From contig CAZIPL010000005.1 in the NCBI GenBank assembly GCA_964541255.1, positions 1 to 58,798 of the forward strand: a DNA stretch of 58,798 nt, written 5' to 3'. Both the position numbers and the translations under genes were made by a program. The notes beneath the pieces were generated by a model. That model saw nothing but the letters and a program-made list of their open reading frames with translations, made no database searches and was not told the origin of the DNA. The stretch's first letter is position 1; the number at the start of each line of letters is the position of its first letter. The stretch comes from an uncultured Clostridia bacterium (GTDB lineage: Bacteria; Bacillota; Clostridia; Christensenellales; CAMQZB01). Shown here piece by piece: positions 27,612 through 36,280 of this stretch.

Positions 27612-28025
27612 ATGGATAAAAGATTATATATGAAGTTCGGTGCCATATCGGAAAACGAATCGTTTGCAAGAAGCGCGGTCGCTTCGTTCGTGCTTGCGCT
27701 CAACCCCACCATCGAAGAAATCAACGACGTGAAAACCGCCGTTTCGGAAGCTGTAACCAATTGCGTGGTTCATGCATATAAAAACGCGGGCGACGTCGAA
27801 GTCGAAGTTCTTCTTAAAGAAAAAACCGCAGTCATCGAAATCAAAGACAGCGGAGTAGGCATCGAAGACCTACACGCCGCGATGAAGCCTTTTTATACGA
27901 CAAAGCCCGACGAAGAGCGAGCAGGACTCGGATTTGCCGTTATGCAAGCGCTGTGCGACAAGGTCGAAGTGGCGAAAAACACTCCTACGGGACTAATAGT
28001 CAGACTCACCAAAAACATAGGCTGA
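27612..28025 (+). CDS. spoIIAB: Anti-sigma F factor
   Basis: NESFARSAVASF, DVKTAVSEAVTNCVVHAY, DSGVGI, ERAGLGFAVM. Confidence 0.93.
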   Translation: MDKRLYMKFGAISENESFARSAVASFVLALNPTIEEINDVKTAVSEAVTNCVVHAYKNAGDVEVEVLLKEKTAVIEIKDSGVGIEDLHAAMKPFYTTKPDEERAGLGFAVMQALCDKVEVAKNTPTGLIVRLTKNIG

Positions 28026-28054
28026 AGTACATATCGAAAGCGAAGAGGTGTTTT

Positions 28055-28765
28055 ATGCTCGAACACGACGAAACAATGGAGCTTCTTACCAAAGCTAAAA
28101 AGGGCGACGAAAACGCGAAAGAGATTTTGCTCAAAGAAAACACGCCGCTTATTAAAAGCATAGTCAAGAGGTTTTTGAATAAGGGCGTCGAATACGACGA
28201 CCTTTTCTCCCTTGCATCTTTGGGGTTCGTTAAGGCGATAAATAACTTCGACGTAAGCTTCAACGTGCGGTTCTCTACTTACGCCGTTCCTCTTGTTATG
28301 GGCGAAATCAAAAGGTATCTTCGAGACGACGGATATATCAAAGTGTCGCGTGCAATCAAGGTGCTGTCCTTCAAAATATCGCGATACCTTGACGAATACA
28401 AGCTAAAAAACCAAGAAGAGCCGAAAATCTCAGAAATAGCAGAAAAATTCGACGTTTCGGAAGAAGACGTCATTTACGCACTCGATTCTTCAAAAACGCC
28501 CGTTTCGGTTTTCGATCGCTCCGAAGAAGACGACACGCCGCTTCTCGACAAGCTTAAAGGTGCGGACAAAACCGACAAGGTGGACGAGCTTCTCATTCTC
28601 AAAGACGGCATATCCAAGCTCGACGAAAGGGAACGAAAGATTCTTATTCTTCGCTATTATCGCGATATGACGCAAACCCAAATAGCCAACCACTTCGGAC
28701 TTTCGCAAGTGCAGATTTCAAGAATTGAAAGCAAAATCTATGAAAAGCTCAAAAAAGAATTCTGA
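28055..28765 (+). CDS. sigF: Sporulation sigma factor F
   Basis: YDDLFSLASLGFVKAINNFD, FSTYAVPLVMGEIKRYLRDDG, TQTQIA...SQVQISRIE; follows spoIIAB. Confidence 0.9.
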   Translation: MLEHDETMELLTKAKKGDENAKEILLKENTPLIKSIVKRFLNKGVEYDDLFSLASLGFVKAINNFDVSFNVRFSTYAVPLVMGEIKRYLRDDGYIKVSRAIKVLSFKISRYLDEYKLKNQEEPKISEIAEKFDVSEEDVIYALDSSKTPVSVFDRSEEDDTPLLDKLKGADKTDKVDELLILKDGISKLDERERKILILRYYRDMTQTQIANHFGLSQVQISRIESKIYEKLKKEF

Positions 28766-28852
28766 TAAAAGCTACTATCAAAAGCAACCCGAAAAAGCTT
28801 ATTTTGGCAAAAATATCAAAAGAATACCATCCTGCTCAATACTTCCCAAAAG

Positions 28853-28889
28853 AAAAACGTCCGACAAATCACAAATCGGACGTTTTTTC
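28853..28889. terminator. Bidirectional terminator between sigF and the kinase gene
   Basis: AAAAACGTCCGA-CAAATCACAAA-TCGGACGTTTTTT. Confidence 0.75.
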
Positions 28890-29014
28890 TATTCTAAACT
28901 TGGGGATTATTCATATTATTTTTCATGCGATTCGGCTTTCATAAGCGTATTTTTTATTGCAGCTTTGTCGCGCTTTGAACTAATCTCAAACCGCAAAAGT
29001 CTCGAAAGCCAAGA

Positions 29015-30286
29015 TTATTTTTCCGTTATTTTATATATAACTCCCTTATCGCCGTCGGCGTTTTTGATTTCAACCTTATAATCCAAAAGCTTCAACGCAC
29101 GTTGAATAATATTAAGACCAAGACCGAAATTGCCGTTTTGCCCTTTCATGAAAGGCTCGAATATTCTCACGAAAATCTCTTCTTCGATCTTGTCTCCGTC
29201 GTTTTCGATGACGAGCAAGCCCTTTTTCATCGTAATGTTTATGTTTTTCGCGCCGTGCTTGATATTGTTGTCGAAGATATTTTCGATGATATTTTTCCAA
29301 ATATCGCTGTTTCCTCGCCATTCCGAACGTTCAAGCTCCGCCGTGAAGTGTACGTTGGGCGCACGCTTATCGTACTTTTCGAGCATTTCGAACATCACTT
29401 CGGCAAGAATTATCTTTTCGTATCTTTGCGGCACTTCGCTCGTTTCGATATGATAAAGCTTGTTGATATTCATTATCTTCGTGACGCGATCTAAAAGTAC
29501 GTCCGTCTCTTCTTTGATTATCGACGTAGATTTCTTTATGTCGCCGTCTTTATATATGCCGTCTTCTATTCCCTCGGCATACATTTTTATCGTCGTTATC
29601 GGCGTTTTAAGCTCGTGCGATATGTTTTGAAGAAGTCGTTGCTTTTGCTCCGTCGCTTCTTTAATCTCGTCCTTATATACGTCTATCGTGTCGGAAAGAG
29701 ATTGCAATTCTTTCGACATACACTTTTTCTTGACGCTTTCGTCCGTAACGGCACGCTCGATTGAATGAATCGAACGGGACACATACGAAAACCACACCAG
29801 CAAGAATATGATCGGGATAATCATAAACACCATCGAAAGGAAGACGTATCTCATAAGGCTTTCGCTTGCAAAAATTCCACCGGACTCGGTGAAAGATATT
29901 TTCGCGCTGCCGTCTTCGTAGACTCTGCAGACATAATAGATATATCCGCCGGATCTAAGTCGAACGTTGCCCTTGCTGTCTCCTACCGGTTTTTCGCGAA
30001 CGTTTTCGATCATCTCGTTTATTTCGTCGAACGTCAGATTATTCTCGGTGTCTTTGAGGTTGACGTGTTCTATCCCGCCGTTGCTGTCTATTATCATCAA
30101 CGAGTTCAAAAGCCTATTCGAATCGGAAAAGGTCAAATCGAGCTGATAATTAAGCGTGCTGTAGATATTCTTCGAAACGGCAAGACGCAAAATAGGCGTT
30201 ATGCAAGAAAATACCAGAACGGGAATCGCAACGATACAACAGACGACGATTATCAATATTTGCGTTGATAGTTTCAGTCTGTTCAT
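29015..30286 (-). CDS. Sensor histidine kinase
   Basis: Two TM segments, ISHELKTPIT H-box, NIFDNNIKHG N-box, GNFGLGLNI. Confidence 0.92.
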   Translation of the reverse strand: MNRLKLSTQILIIVVCCIVAIPVLVFSCITPILRLAVSKNIYSTLNYQLDLTFSDSNRLLNSLMIIDSNGGIEHVNLKDTENNLTFDEINEMIENVREKPVGDSKGNVRLRSGGYIYYVCRVYEDGSAKISFTESGGIFASESLMRYVFLSMVFMIIPIIFLLVWFSYVSRSIHSIERAVTDESVKKKCMSKELQSLSDTIDVYKDEIKEATEQKQRLLQNISHELKTPITTIKMYAEGIEDGIYKDGDIKKSTSIIKEETDVLLDRVTKIMNINKLYHIETSEVPQRYEKIILAEVMFEMLEKYDKRAPNVHFTAELERSEWRGNSDIWKNIIENIFDNNIKHGAKNINITMKKGLLVIENDGDKIEEEIFVRIFEPFMKGQNGNFGLGLNIIQRALKLLDYKVEIKNADGDKGVIYKITEK

Positions 30287-30936
30287 TGAAGCTTATATCC
30301 GTACCCGTAAATCGTTTCTATGTCGGCATCGGGAAGCTTTCCGCGAAGTCGTCTCATAAGGTCGTCAACGACTCTGTCGCTTCCGAAATAGTTCTCTTCC
30401 CAAACGTTGCTCAAAATCTTGTCGCGCGACAACGCAACGTTTTTGTTTTTAAGTAAATATATGAAAAGTTCGAATTCTTTTGTCGTCAAATCGATAGGCT
30501 TATCACCGTCTTTGACAAGTCTCGATTCCACATCGACGGTGTAGTTTTTATATTGCGGCTTCATATCGGGCTTCATATATGTTCTTTTTATGATATTGTT
30601 TACGCGCAAAACAACCTCTCTCGGAGAAAACGGCTTTGCGACATAATCGTCTGCGCCCATCTCGAAGCCCAGAATCTTGTCGTAATCCTTATCTCTTGCG
30701 GAGATAAATATCGCGGGAGTCGTGTTGTGCTTTCTTATCTCGCGAAGAATGTTATATCCGCTCATATCCGACTCGAGCATTATGTCGAGAATATATAAAT
30801 CGGCAGGATCGCTTATGTGCTTAATCGCATCCGCCTCGGAAGAATAATGAGTAACCTCATATCCCTCGTTTTCAAGATATGACTTCAACAAAGAGCTTAT
30901 ATTGCGATCGTCTTCAACAAGAAAAATTTTGTACAT
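30283..30936 (-). CDS. OmpR-family response regulator
   Basis: IFLVEDD, ILDIML, GADDYVAKPFS, LTTKEFEL, IETIYGYGY; start reassigned to MYKIF. Confidence 0.93.
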   Translation of the reverse strand: MYKIFLVEDDRNISSLLKSYLENEGYEVTHYSSEADAIKHISDPADLYILDIMLESDMSGYNILREIRKHNTTPAIFISARDKDYDKILGFEMGADDYVAKPFSPREVVLRVNNIIKRTYMKPDMKPQYKNYTVDVESRLVKDGDKPIDLTTKEFELFIYLLKNKNVALSRDKILSNVWEENYFGSDRVVDDLMRRLRGKLPDADIETIYGYGYKLQ

Positions 30937-31365
30937 TTTTTCACACTCCGAATTCACACGTATATAAAGGTTTTCTTTCGACATGTTAATCTTTTATAAG
31001 TTCGATAAAAATATTGCGATTCGATTGCGGTTTTCATAATTCCAAACATTCGGCGAATATTCATCGAAAATCTTTTTTATATAGCTTACCGATCGATTTG
31101 CGAATTTCCATTAAACTTAGCAATAAACGATTAGAATAACATTACACGCAGAAAGTTTTCCATATTGTTATTCTACCACACAAAAAGCCAAAGGGGAATA
31201 TATATTTTTGATTTTTCGCCTTTTCACACAAGTTTAACACAACTTTTTTGTAATTAAACTATAATCGCGTGTTAATATATAATCACAAAACAAATGAACG
31301 ATAGGTTAGATACTTGTTTCATTTTGTTAATCATATTTTTTCCTACCTATATATTTCCTTTTAGC

Positions 31366-31403
31366 AAAGCGCCCGCTTTTTTCAAAGCGGACGTTTTGTT
31401 TTT
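31366..31403 (+). terminator. Plus-strand intrinsic terminator with no upstream annotated gene
   Basis: AAAGCGCCCGCTTT-TTTC-AAAGCGGACGTTTT-GTTTTT; G.U pair and U-tract favour the + strand. Confidence 0.65.
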
Positions 31404-31521
31404 ATGGGTTTTTATTTTAAAAAAATATAATTCTCGTTTTTGTTTTTCAAAAACCGCAATCTTTTTTTCAATACTTGTTTATATTTAGCTTTCGTTTTGA
31501 TGCTTTATATAATCGATTCTT

Positions 31522-32274
31522 TCAATCGGTATTTTTGATTACATATTTTGCCGTCAAAACTTCTTTTTCGGACAAGCTTTCAAAAATAAGCTCTCTTTCG
31601 AAGTCTTTCTCAAAATTAGTCAAAACGGTATCGAGGAAAAACATAAATATTCCCAAATCGACTTTGTTGAAATATTCGATTTTTTCGACAGGTATAAGTC
31701 CTACGCTTTCGCGTTTTCTGATTATAGAAAGAGTATCGTCCTTTTCGACGACAAGCCACGGTTGCGAATTGACTGCCGACGGAGCAAACCTTGCGACGTC
31801 GCCGATTTCAGCATATTTTTCGCCACGCCAAATATCTTTAAGCTCTTTGCGATTGAATTCTTCGTCGCTTTGACGTAAAGACTCCGTCGGAACTTTTCCT
31901 ATCGCGATAAGAATTGCAAAACTAAGTCCCTCTTTCTCGGCAATTTCGGGTTTTGCCATGCCGTACCAGCACGAGCCTATACCCTTGCTTTCAAGGAAAA
32001 GATCGACCTGCTCGCCGATATACCCGATGTTTTCAAGCCAGCCTTCCGTTTTTTGACTGTAAAACAAAATCGCATATTCGCCGACTTTAAGCGTTGTGCG
32101 CTCTTTTTCGACAAGCTCGGTTTTTACTTCGATTTTATCGTCAAGCGGCACGGCGTTTTCCAAAAAAGCTCTTATTTCGGAAAGTTCGCTTTCCGTGATA
32201 TTTCCCGTCATCTCTTCGAACTTGTGGTATGAACGCCTCTTTTTAAGCATCAAATAATATTCGTTATTCGTCAT
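31522..32274 (-). CDS. Nitroreductase-family protein (two-domain)
   Basis: KKRRSYHKF, ENIGYIGEQVDLFLESKGIGSCWYG, ARFAPSAVNSQPW, KVDLGI. Confidence 0.85.
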   Translation of the reverse strand: MTNNEYYLMLKKRRSYHKFEEMTGNITESELSEIRAFLENAVPLDDKIEVKTELVEKERTTLKVGEYAILFYSQKTEGWLENIGYIGEQVDLFLESKGIGSCWYGMAKPEIAEKEGLSFAILIAIGKVPTESLRQSDEEFNRKELKDIWRGEKYAEIGDVARFAPSAVNSQPWLVVEKDDTLSIIRKRESVGLIPVEKIEYFNKVDLGIFMFFLDTVLTNFEKDFERELIFESLSEKEVLTAKYVIKNTD

Positions 32275-32312
32275 TATCTTTCTCCTTAATCGTTTTTTAA
32301 AACCTTTTATTA

Positions 32313-32762
32313 TTACGAAAATGTTTTTTCGATATCTATAAGTCTCTTTTTGTTGCAAAGTCCGCCGCCGTAACCCGTAAGCTCTCCGTCTTTACCTATT
32401 ACCCTATGGCAAGGAACGATTATTCCGACAGGGTTGTTGTGGCACGCACCGCCTACGGCTCTTGTTGCGGCAGGATTTCCTATTCTTCGAGCGAGTTCGC
32501 CGTACGATATCGTGTCGCCGTAGGGAATTTTTTCAAGTTCGTGCCAAACTTTTTCCCTAAAACATGTTCCTTTTGCCACATACTTCAAATCGAATCGTTT
32601 TCTTTTCCCCGAAAAATACTCCGCAAGCTGTTCTTTTACGCTCTCTCCGAAAGGCGAAAGAGAACTACTTTCCCCTTTTTCAAACGATAGCTCATAGATT
32701 ACTTCGAAGTCGTGAGATATCTTTATCGAAAAACCGTTCGTTTCAAAGTATTCCGTCGTCAT
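32313..32762 (-). CDS. ogt: Methylated-DNA-protein-cysteine methyltransferase
   Basis: IPYGDTISYGELA, RAVGGAC, PCHRV active site, GYGGG. Confidence 0.95.
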   Translation of the reverse strand: MTTEYFETNGFSIKISHDFEVIYELSFEKGESSSLSPFGESVKEQLAEYFSGKRKRFDLKYVAKGTCFREKVWHELEKIPYGDTISYGELARRIGNPAATRAVGGACHNNPVGIIVPCHRVIGKDGELTGYGGGLCNKKRLIDIEKTFS

Positions 32763-32766
32763 AAGA

Positions 32767-33096
32767 TTAAACCATAAGGGGAGAAATGCCGAGTGTGAAT
32801 GTAAACAAAAAATAGAACGCCAAAACGTTTATCACAGCCAAAATCGGCATAAAGACCACAAAGTACCAATGCTTTGTTTTGTGGCGGAATATAATCATTC
32901 CAAGCGTCGTTCCCACTCCGCCGAAAAGCACCGCCACCCAAAAGAGCGTAGATTCTTTTATTCTCCAATCACCTTTTTTCGCTTTGGCTTTATCTATTCC
33001 CATAACCGCAAAGCCGATGACGGTCATAACGGCAAACGCCGCAACGACAACCGTTTGATATGTCGACAACGCGATATTTCCAAGTAGCACATTCAT
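32767..33096 (-). CDS. DUF1294 membrane protein
   Basis: MGIDKAKA...WRIKESTL...GG...FRHKTKH. Confidence 0.9.
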   Translation of the reverse strand: MNVLLGNIALSTYQTVVVAAFAVMTVIGFAVMGIDKAKAKKGDWRIKESTLFWVAVLFGGVGTTLGMIIFRHKTKHWYFVVFMPILAVINVLAFYFLFTFTLGISPLMV

Positions 33097-33446
33097 TATT
33101 CTTTCTCCTCGAGTATTTTCAAAATTGTTTCTGTTTGCTCATAGGTCATGTTCCCGCATAAAACGCGCCAAATTATATGCCGCTCTTTTTCGTTGAGCTT
33201 CGCCATATCTAAGGTAACTTCGCTACTCGAAATAAACATAGCCATTCTTAAAGCATTGTTCTCTTCTTCGCTTAAATCAAGCGCCCGCGTTACAAGCTTA
33301 TCTATCCCTGACGGAATTTTTCGTTTGCCGTTCTCGATCGCAGATAAATACGCTCGCGATATACCTATTTTATCGGCAAGTTCGCTTGCGGACATTTCCC
33401 GCTTTCCCCTTAATGCCCTCATAGTAATTCCAAATTGCGTCAGCAT
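33096..33446 (-). CDS. XRE-family helix-turn-helix protein
   Basis: LRGKREMSASELADKIGISRAYLSAIENGKR. Confidence 0.85.
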   Translation of the reverse strand: MLTQFGITMRALRGKREMSASELADKIGISRAYLSAIENGKRKIPSGIDKLVTRALDLSEEENNALRMAMFISSSEVTLDMAKLNEKERHIIWRVLCGNMTYEQTETILKILEEKE

Positions 33447-33821
33447 AATTTTCCTCCGAAAAGTATTTTAGCATAAAACCTTTTCTCTTTCAACCCGTTT
33501 TTTAATATCGATTGCAAATCAAACCGATTGCTTTTTCGACAAATGCTATGTAGCGTCATATTTTTTATTTCGCAAATCTTTTTATTAGGCAAAATCTTTG
33601 CCGCATATATATAACACGCCAAAAGCCAAAAAAGAATCTCTTTGACCGTTTGATAGTTTGTTTTTATGCAAAACCACGTTTTTCTCGTAACGATTTTTGC
33701 ACCTTTTTTGTCGCAGCCACAGAATTTTTGTACCTTTTTACAAAGGCCAACCATATTATTTCAAGCTTTTATCGAAACTAAGTTTATGTCTTTTTCGTTG
33801 CGAAAACTATATAATATATCG

Positions 33822-34481
33822 ATGAAAAAAATTGCGATTACAAACAGATTCAACGGGAAGTTCGATACTTATAAAAACGCGATTACTTCTCTTGGCGGAG
33901 CTTTTGAAGAGCTACCGAAAATAATATCGATTGAAAGCGCAAGAAAAATCCTTGAAAATTTCGACGGGTTGTTATTGACAGGCGGCGGAGATATCGATCC
34001 GTCGTTTTACGGCGAAAAGAACACCGATTCTTTTGAAATAATAAAAATGCGCGACGAATCGGAAATCAATCTCGTTCGAGCGGCATACGCTCTCGATTTG
34101 CCGACGCTTGGAATTTGCAGAGGAATTCAGCTTGCGAACGTTGCATTCGGCGGAACGCTTTGGCAAGACCTTGAAAAAGCGGGGTTTTCGAATCATATGA
34201 AACAAAGCAAAAAGTTCGAGCTTGTGCACGAAGTAAAAAGCGTCGAGAAGGGCATTTTGCAAACGATTTTCGGCAAAACTTTTTCGGCAAATTCAATACA
34301 TCATCAAGGGATAAAAGAGCTCGCAAAAGGATTTTCGAAAACGCTCCTATCGAGCGACGGCGTTATCGAGGGCATAGAAAACAAATCGAGAAAATTTTTC
34401 GTTTTCGTTCAGTTCCACCCCGAGATTCTTTTTGACAAAAACGATAATTTTAAAAGACTTTTCGAATTGCTTTTGTCGTAG
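33822..34481 (+). CDS. Gamma-glutamyl-gamma-aminobutyrate hydrolase family (peptidase C26)
   Basis: LLLTGGGDIDP, LGICRGIQ, NSIHHQG, VQFHPE; start reassigned to MKKIAI. Confidence 0.9.
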   Translation: MKKIAITNRFNGKFDTYKNAITSLGGAFEELPKIISIESARKILENFDGLLLTGGGDIDPSFYGEKNTDSFEIIKMRDESEINLVRAAYALDLPTLGICRGIQLANVAFGGTLWQDLEKAGFSNHMKQSKKFELVHEVKSVEKGILQTIFGKTFSANSIHHQGIKELAKGFSKTLLSSDGVIEGIENKSRKFFVFVQFHPEILFDKNDNFKRLFELLLS

Positions 34482-34788
34482 CATATTCCAAATAAATATA
34501 TGACCTCAATTGAAGCATTAAAATAAATATTACGTAGTTTATTGTCGTTTCTAAAACAATGTATTTCCAACAATATTTAGTAGCCGCAAAATAGCAAGAA
34601 ATAAACTATTCTTATCCATTGATAGTCTCGCAATTAAGTCTTAGTGGCAATCAATTTGCAATCTAAAGTTAAACTTCTCATAATGCAAGAACACTACAGG
34701 CAACGATTTGACAAAAGGTCAAAAAAGATGTCTTTCCGGCTCAATCGGTTCGACTTTTTATGGATATAAATCAAATATCCGAAAACAA

Positions 34789-34826
34789 AAATCCCGAAAA
34801 GGCAAAAGACCTTTCGGGATTTTTTA
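34789..34826 (-). terminator. Intrinsic terminator
   Basis: AAAATCCCGAAA...TTTCGGGATTTT inverted repeat just after the 34847 stop. Confidence 0.7.
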
Positions 34827-34846
34827 AAGTTTTTGTTTATTCTTTT

Positions 34847-35296
34847 TTAGCGAACGCTTTCCAAATATTCTTCCAACACCTTTGCGGTATTGAAAACTAT
34901 TTCCACACAAGGGCGAGAAGCGTAATATTCCGTCGTTCTTTTTTGCGGAGTCGGATTGGAGTTTTCGTTTTCTTTAAGAGAAAGCAACTCCCTACATATT
35001 ATCGAGCCGTTCTCATTTTTTGCTTTTTCGGCAAGCTTTTGCACCTTTTCGTAAAGCACTTTCTTCTCGTCGTCATTCGGCGAATCATATCCCTCGAGAG
35101 CCGAAAGAACCATAACGATGCCCGAAAACGCGCCGCACACCTCGCGCATTCTTCCCATTCCGCCGCCAAAGCCCGAAGACAGCTTCACAGCCTTTTCGAA
35201 GCTTAAACCAAGCTCGTCGCAAAATGCACCCGCGATACTTTGCGAGCAATTATAACCGCTTAAAAACAGTTCCTTCGCTTTTTCGGCTTTTGTCAT
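34847..35296 (-). CDS. C_GCAxxG_C_C family putative redox-active protein
   Basis: YNCSQS, GFGGGMG...VCGAFSG, SIICRELL, PCVEIV. Confidence 0.88.
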   Translation of the reverse strand: MTKAEKAKELFLSGYNCSQSIAGAFCDELGLSFEKAVKLSSGFGGGMGRMREVCGAFSGIVMVLSALEGYDSPNDDEKKVLYEKVQKLAEKAKNENGSIICRELLSLKENENSNPTPQKRTTEYYASRPCVEIVFNTAKVLEEYLESVR

Positions 35297-35311
35297 ATTT
35301 ATTTGCTCCTT

Positions 35312-36094
35312 TTATTTTGCGATGTCTCCTACGCCGTTTAAGATAAGTCTCGGTCTATAAGGATATTTCTTGATTTCCTCCATATCCGTAACACCCGAAA
35401 GAACGAGTATCGGATCGATTCCCGACTCTATTCCAATAACGATGTCGGTATCCATTCTATCTCCTATCATCGCGACGTCCTTGCTATGTATCTCCACGTC
35501 GTGGAAGCGTTCGAGCGCGGCACGCATCATCAAGGGATTGGGCTTGCCGACAAAATACGCTTTTCTCTCCGTCGCAAGCTCTATCGGCGCAACGAGCGCT
35601 TTGCACGCGGGAACTATGCCGTTTTCGACAGGTCCCGTTACGTCGCTGTTTGTCGCAATGAGCCTTGCACCTTTAAGAACAAGGTTCGTCGCCTTGCATA
35701 TATTTTCGAAGCTATAATTATTAGTCTCGCCGATAACGACGTAATCGGGGTCTACGTCGTTAAAAGAAATATTCTTTTCGTAAAGCGCATTGGTAAGTCC
35801 CGCGTCACCCAAAACGAACGCAGAGCAGTTTTCTTTTTGCGACGCCAAGAAAGACGCCGTCGCAAGCGCGGAAGTATAGAAATGCGATTCATCAACGTCA
35901 AGCCCCATTCTGTGAAGCTTTTGAGACAGTTCTTTCGGCGTCTTCTGGCTGCTGTTAGTTAAGAATAAAAACTGCTTGTCGTTTTTATATAGCCAGTCCA
36001 CAAATTCTTTTACGCCGGGGAGCAAATTGTTTCCGTGATATATAACACCGTCCATATCGCAGATAAAGCCCCTTTTGTTTCTGAGTTTATCCAT
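35312..36094 (-). CDS. HAD-IIA hydrolase (NagD-like)
   Basis: DMDGVIY, FLTNSS, GKPNP, IGDRMDTDI. Confidence 0.92.
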   Translation of the reverse strand: MDKLRNKRGFICDMDGVIYHGNNLLPGVKEFVDWLYKNDKQFLFLTNSSQKTPKELSQKLHRMGLDVDESHFYTSALATASFLASQKENCSAFVLGDAGLTNALYEKNISFNDVDPDYVVIGETNNYSFENICKATNLVLKGARLIATNSDVTGPVENGIVPACKALVAPIELATERKAYFVGKPNPLMMRAALERFHDVEIHSKDVAMIGDRMDTDIVIGIESGIDPILVLSGVTDMEEIKKYPYRPRLILNGVGDIAK

Positions 36095-36280
36095 ATAAAT
36101 CTCCTTTTTATTTAGTCGAGTTTATTATACTACACATCGACTTTCTTGTAAAGCAAAAGAATATTTCGATGTCATTAAAAACGGCAAGCACGATTTGCGT
36201 CGCACTTGCCGTAAATATATACTTTTATGCCAAGAATTGTTCTTAAAAGGCGTCCCTTCAACAAATCTTTGTTTTTGCAC

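Noticed and set aside
31294-31488. 64-aa hydrophobic ORF as a type I toxin
   Set aside because: No RBS, runs through a terminator, and hydrophobicity reflects T-rich intergenic sequence.
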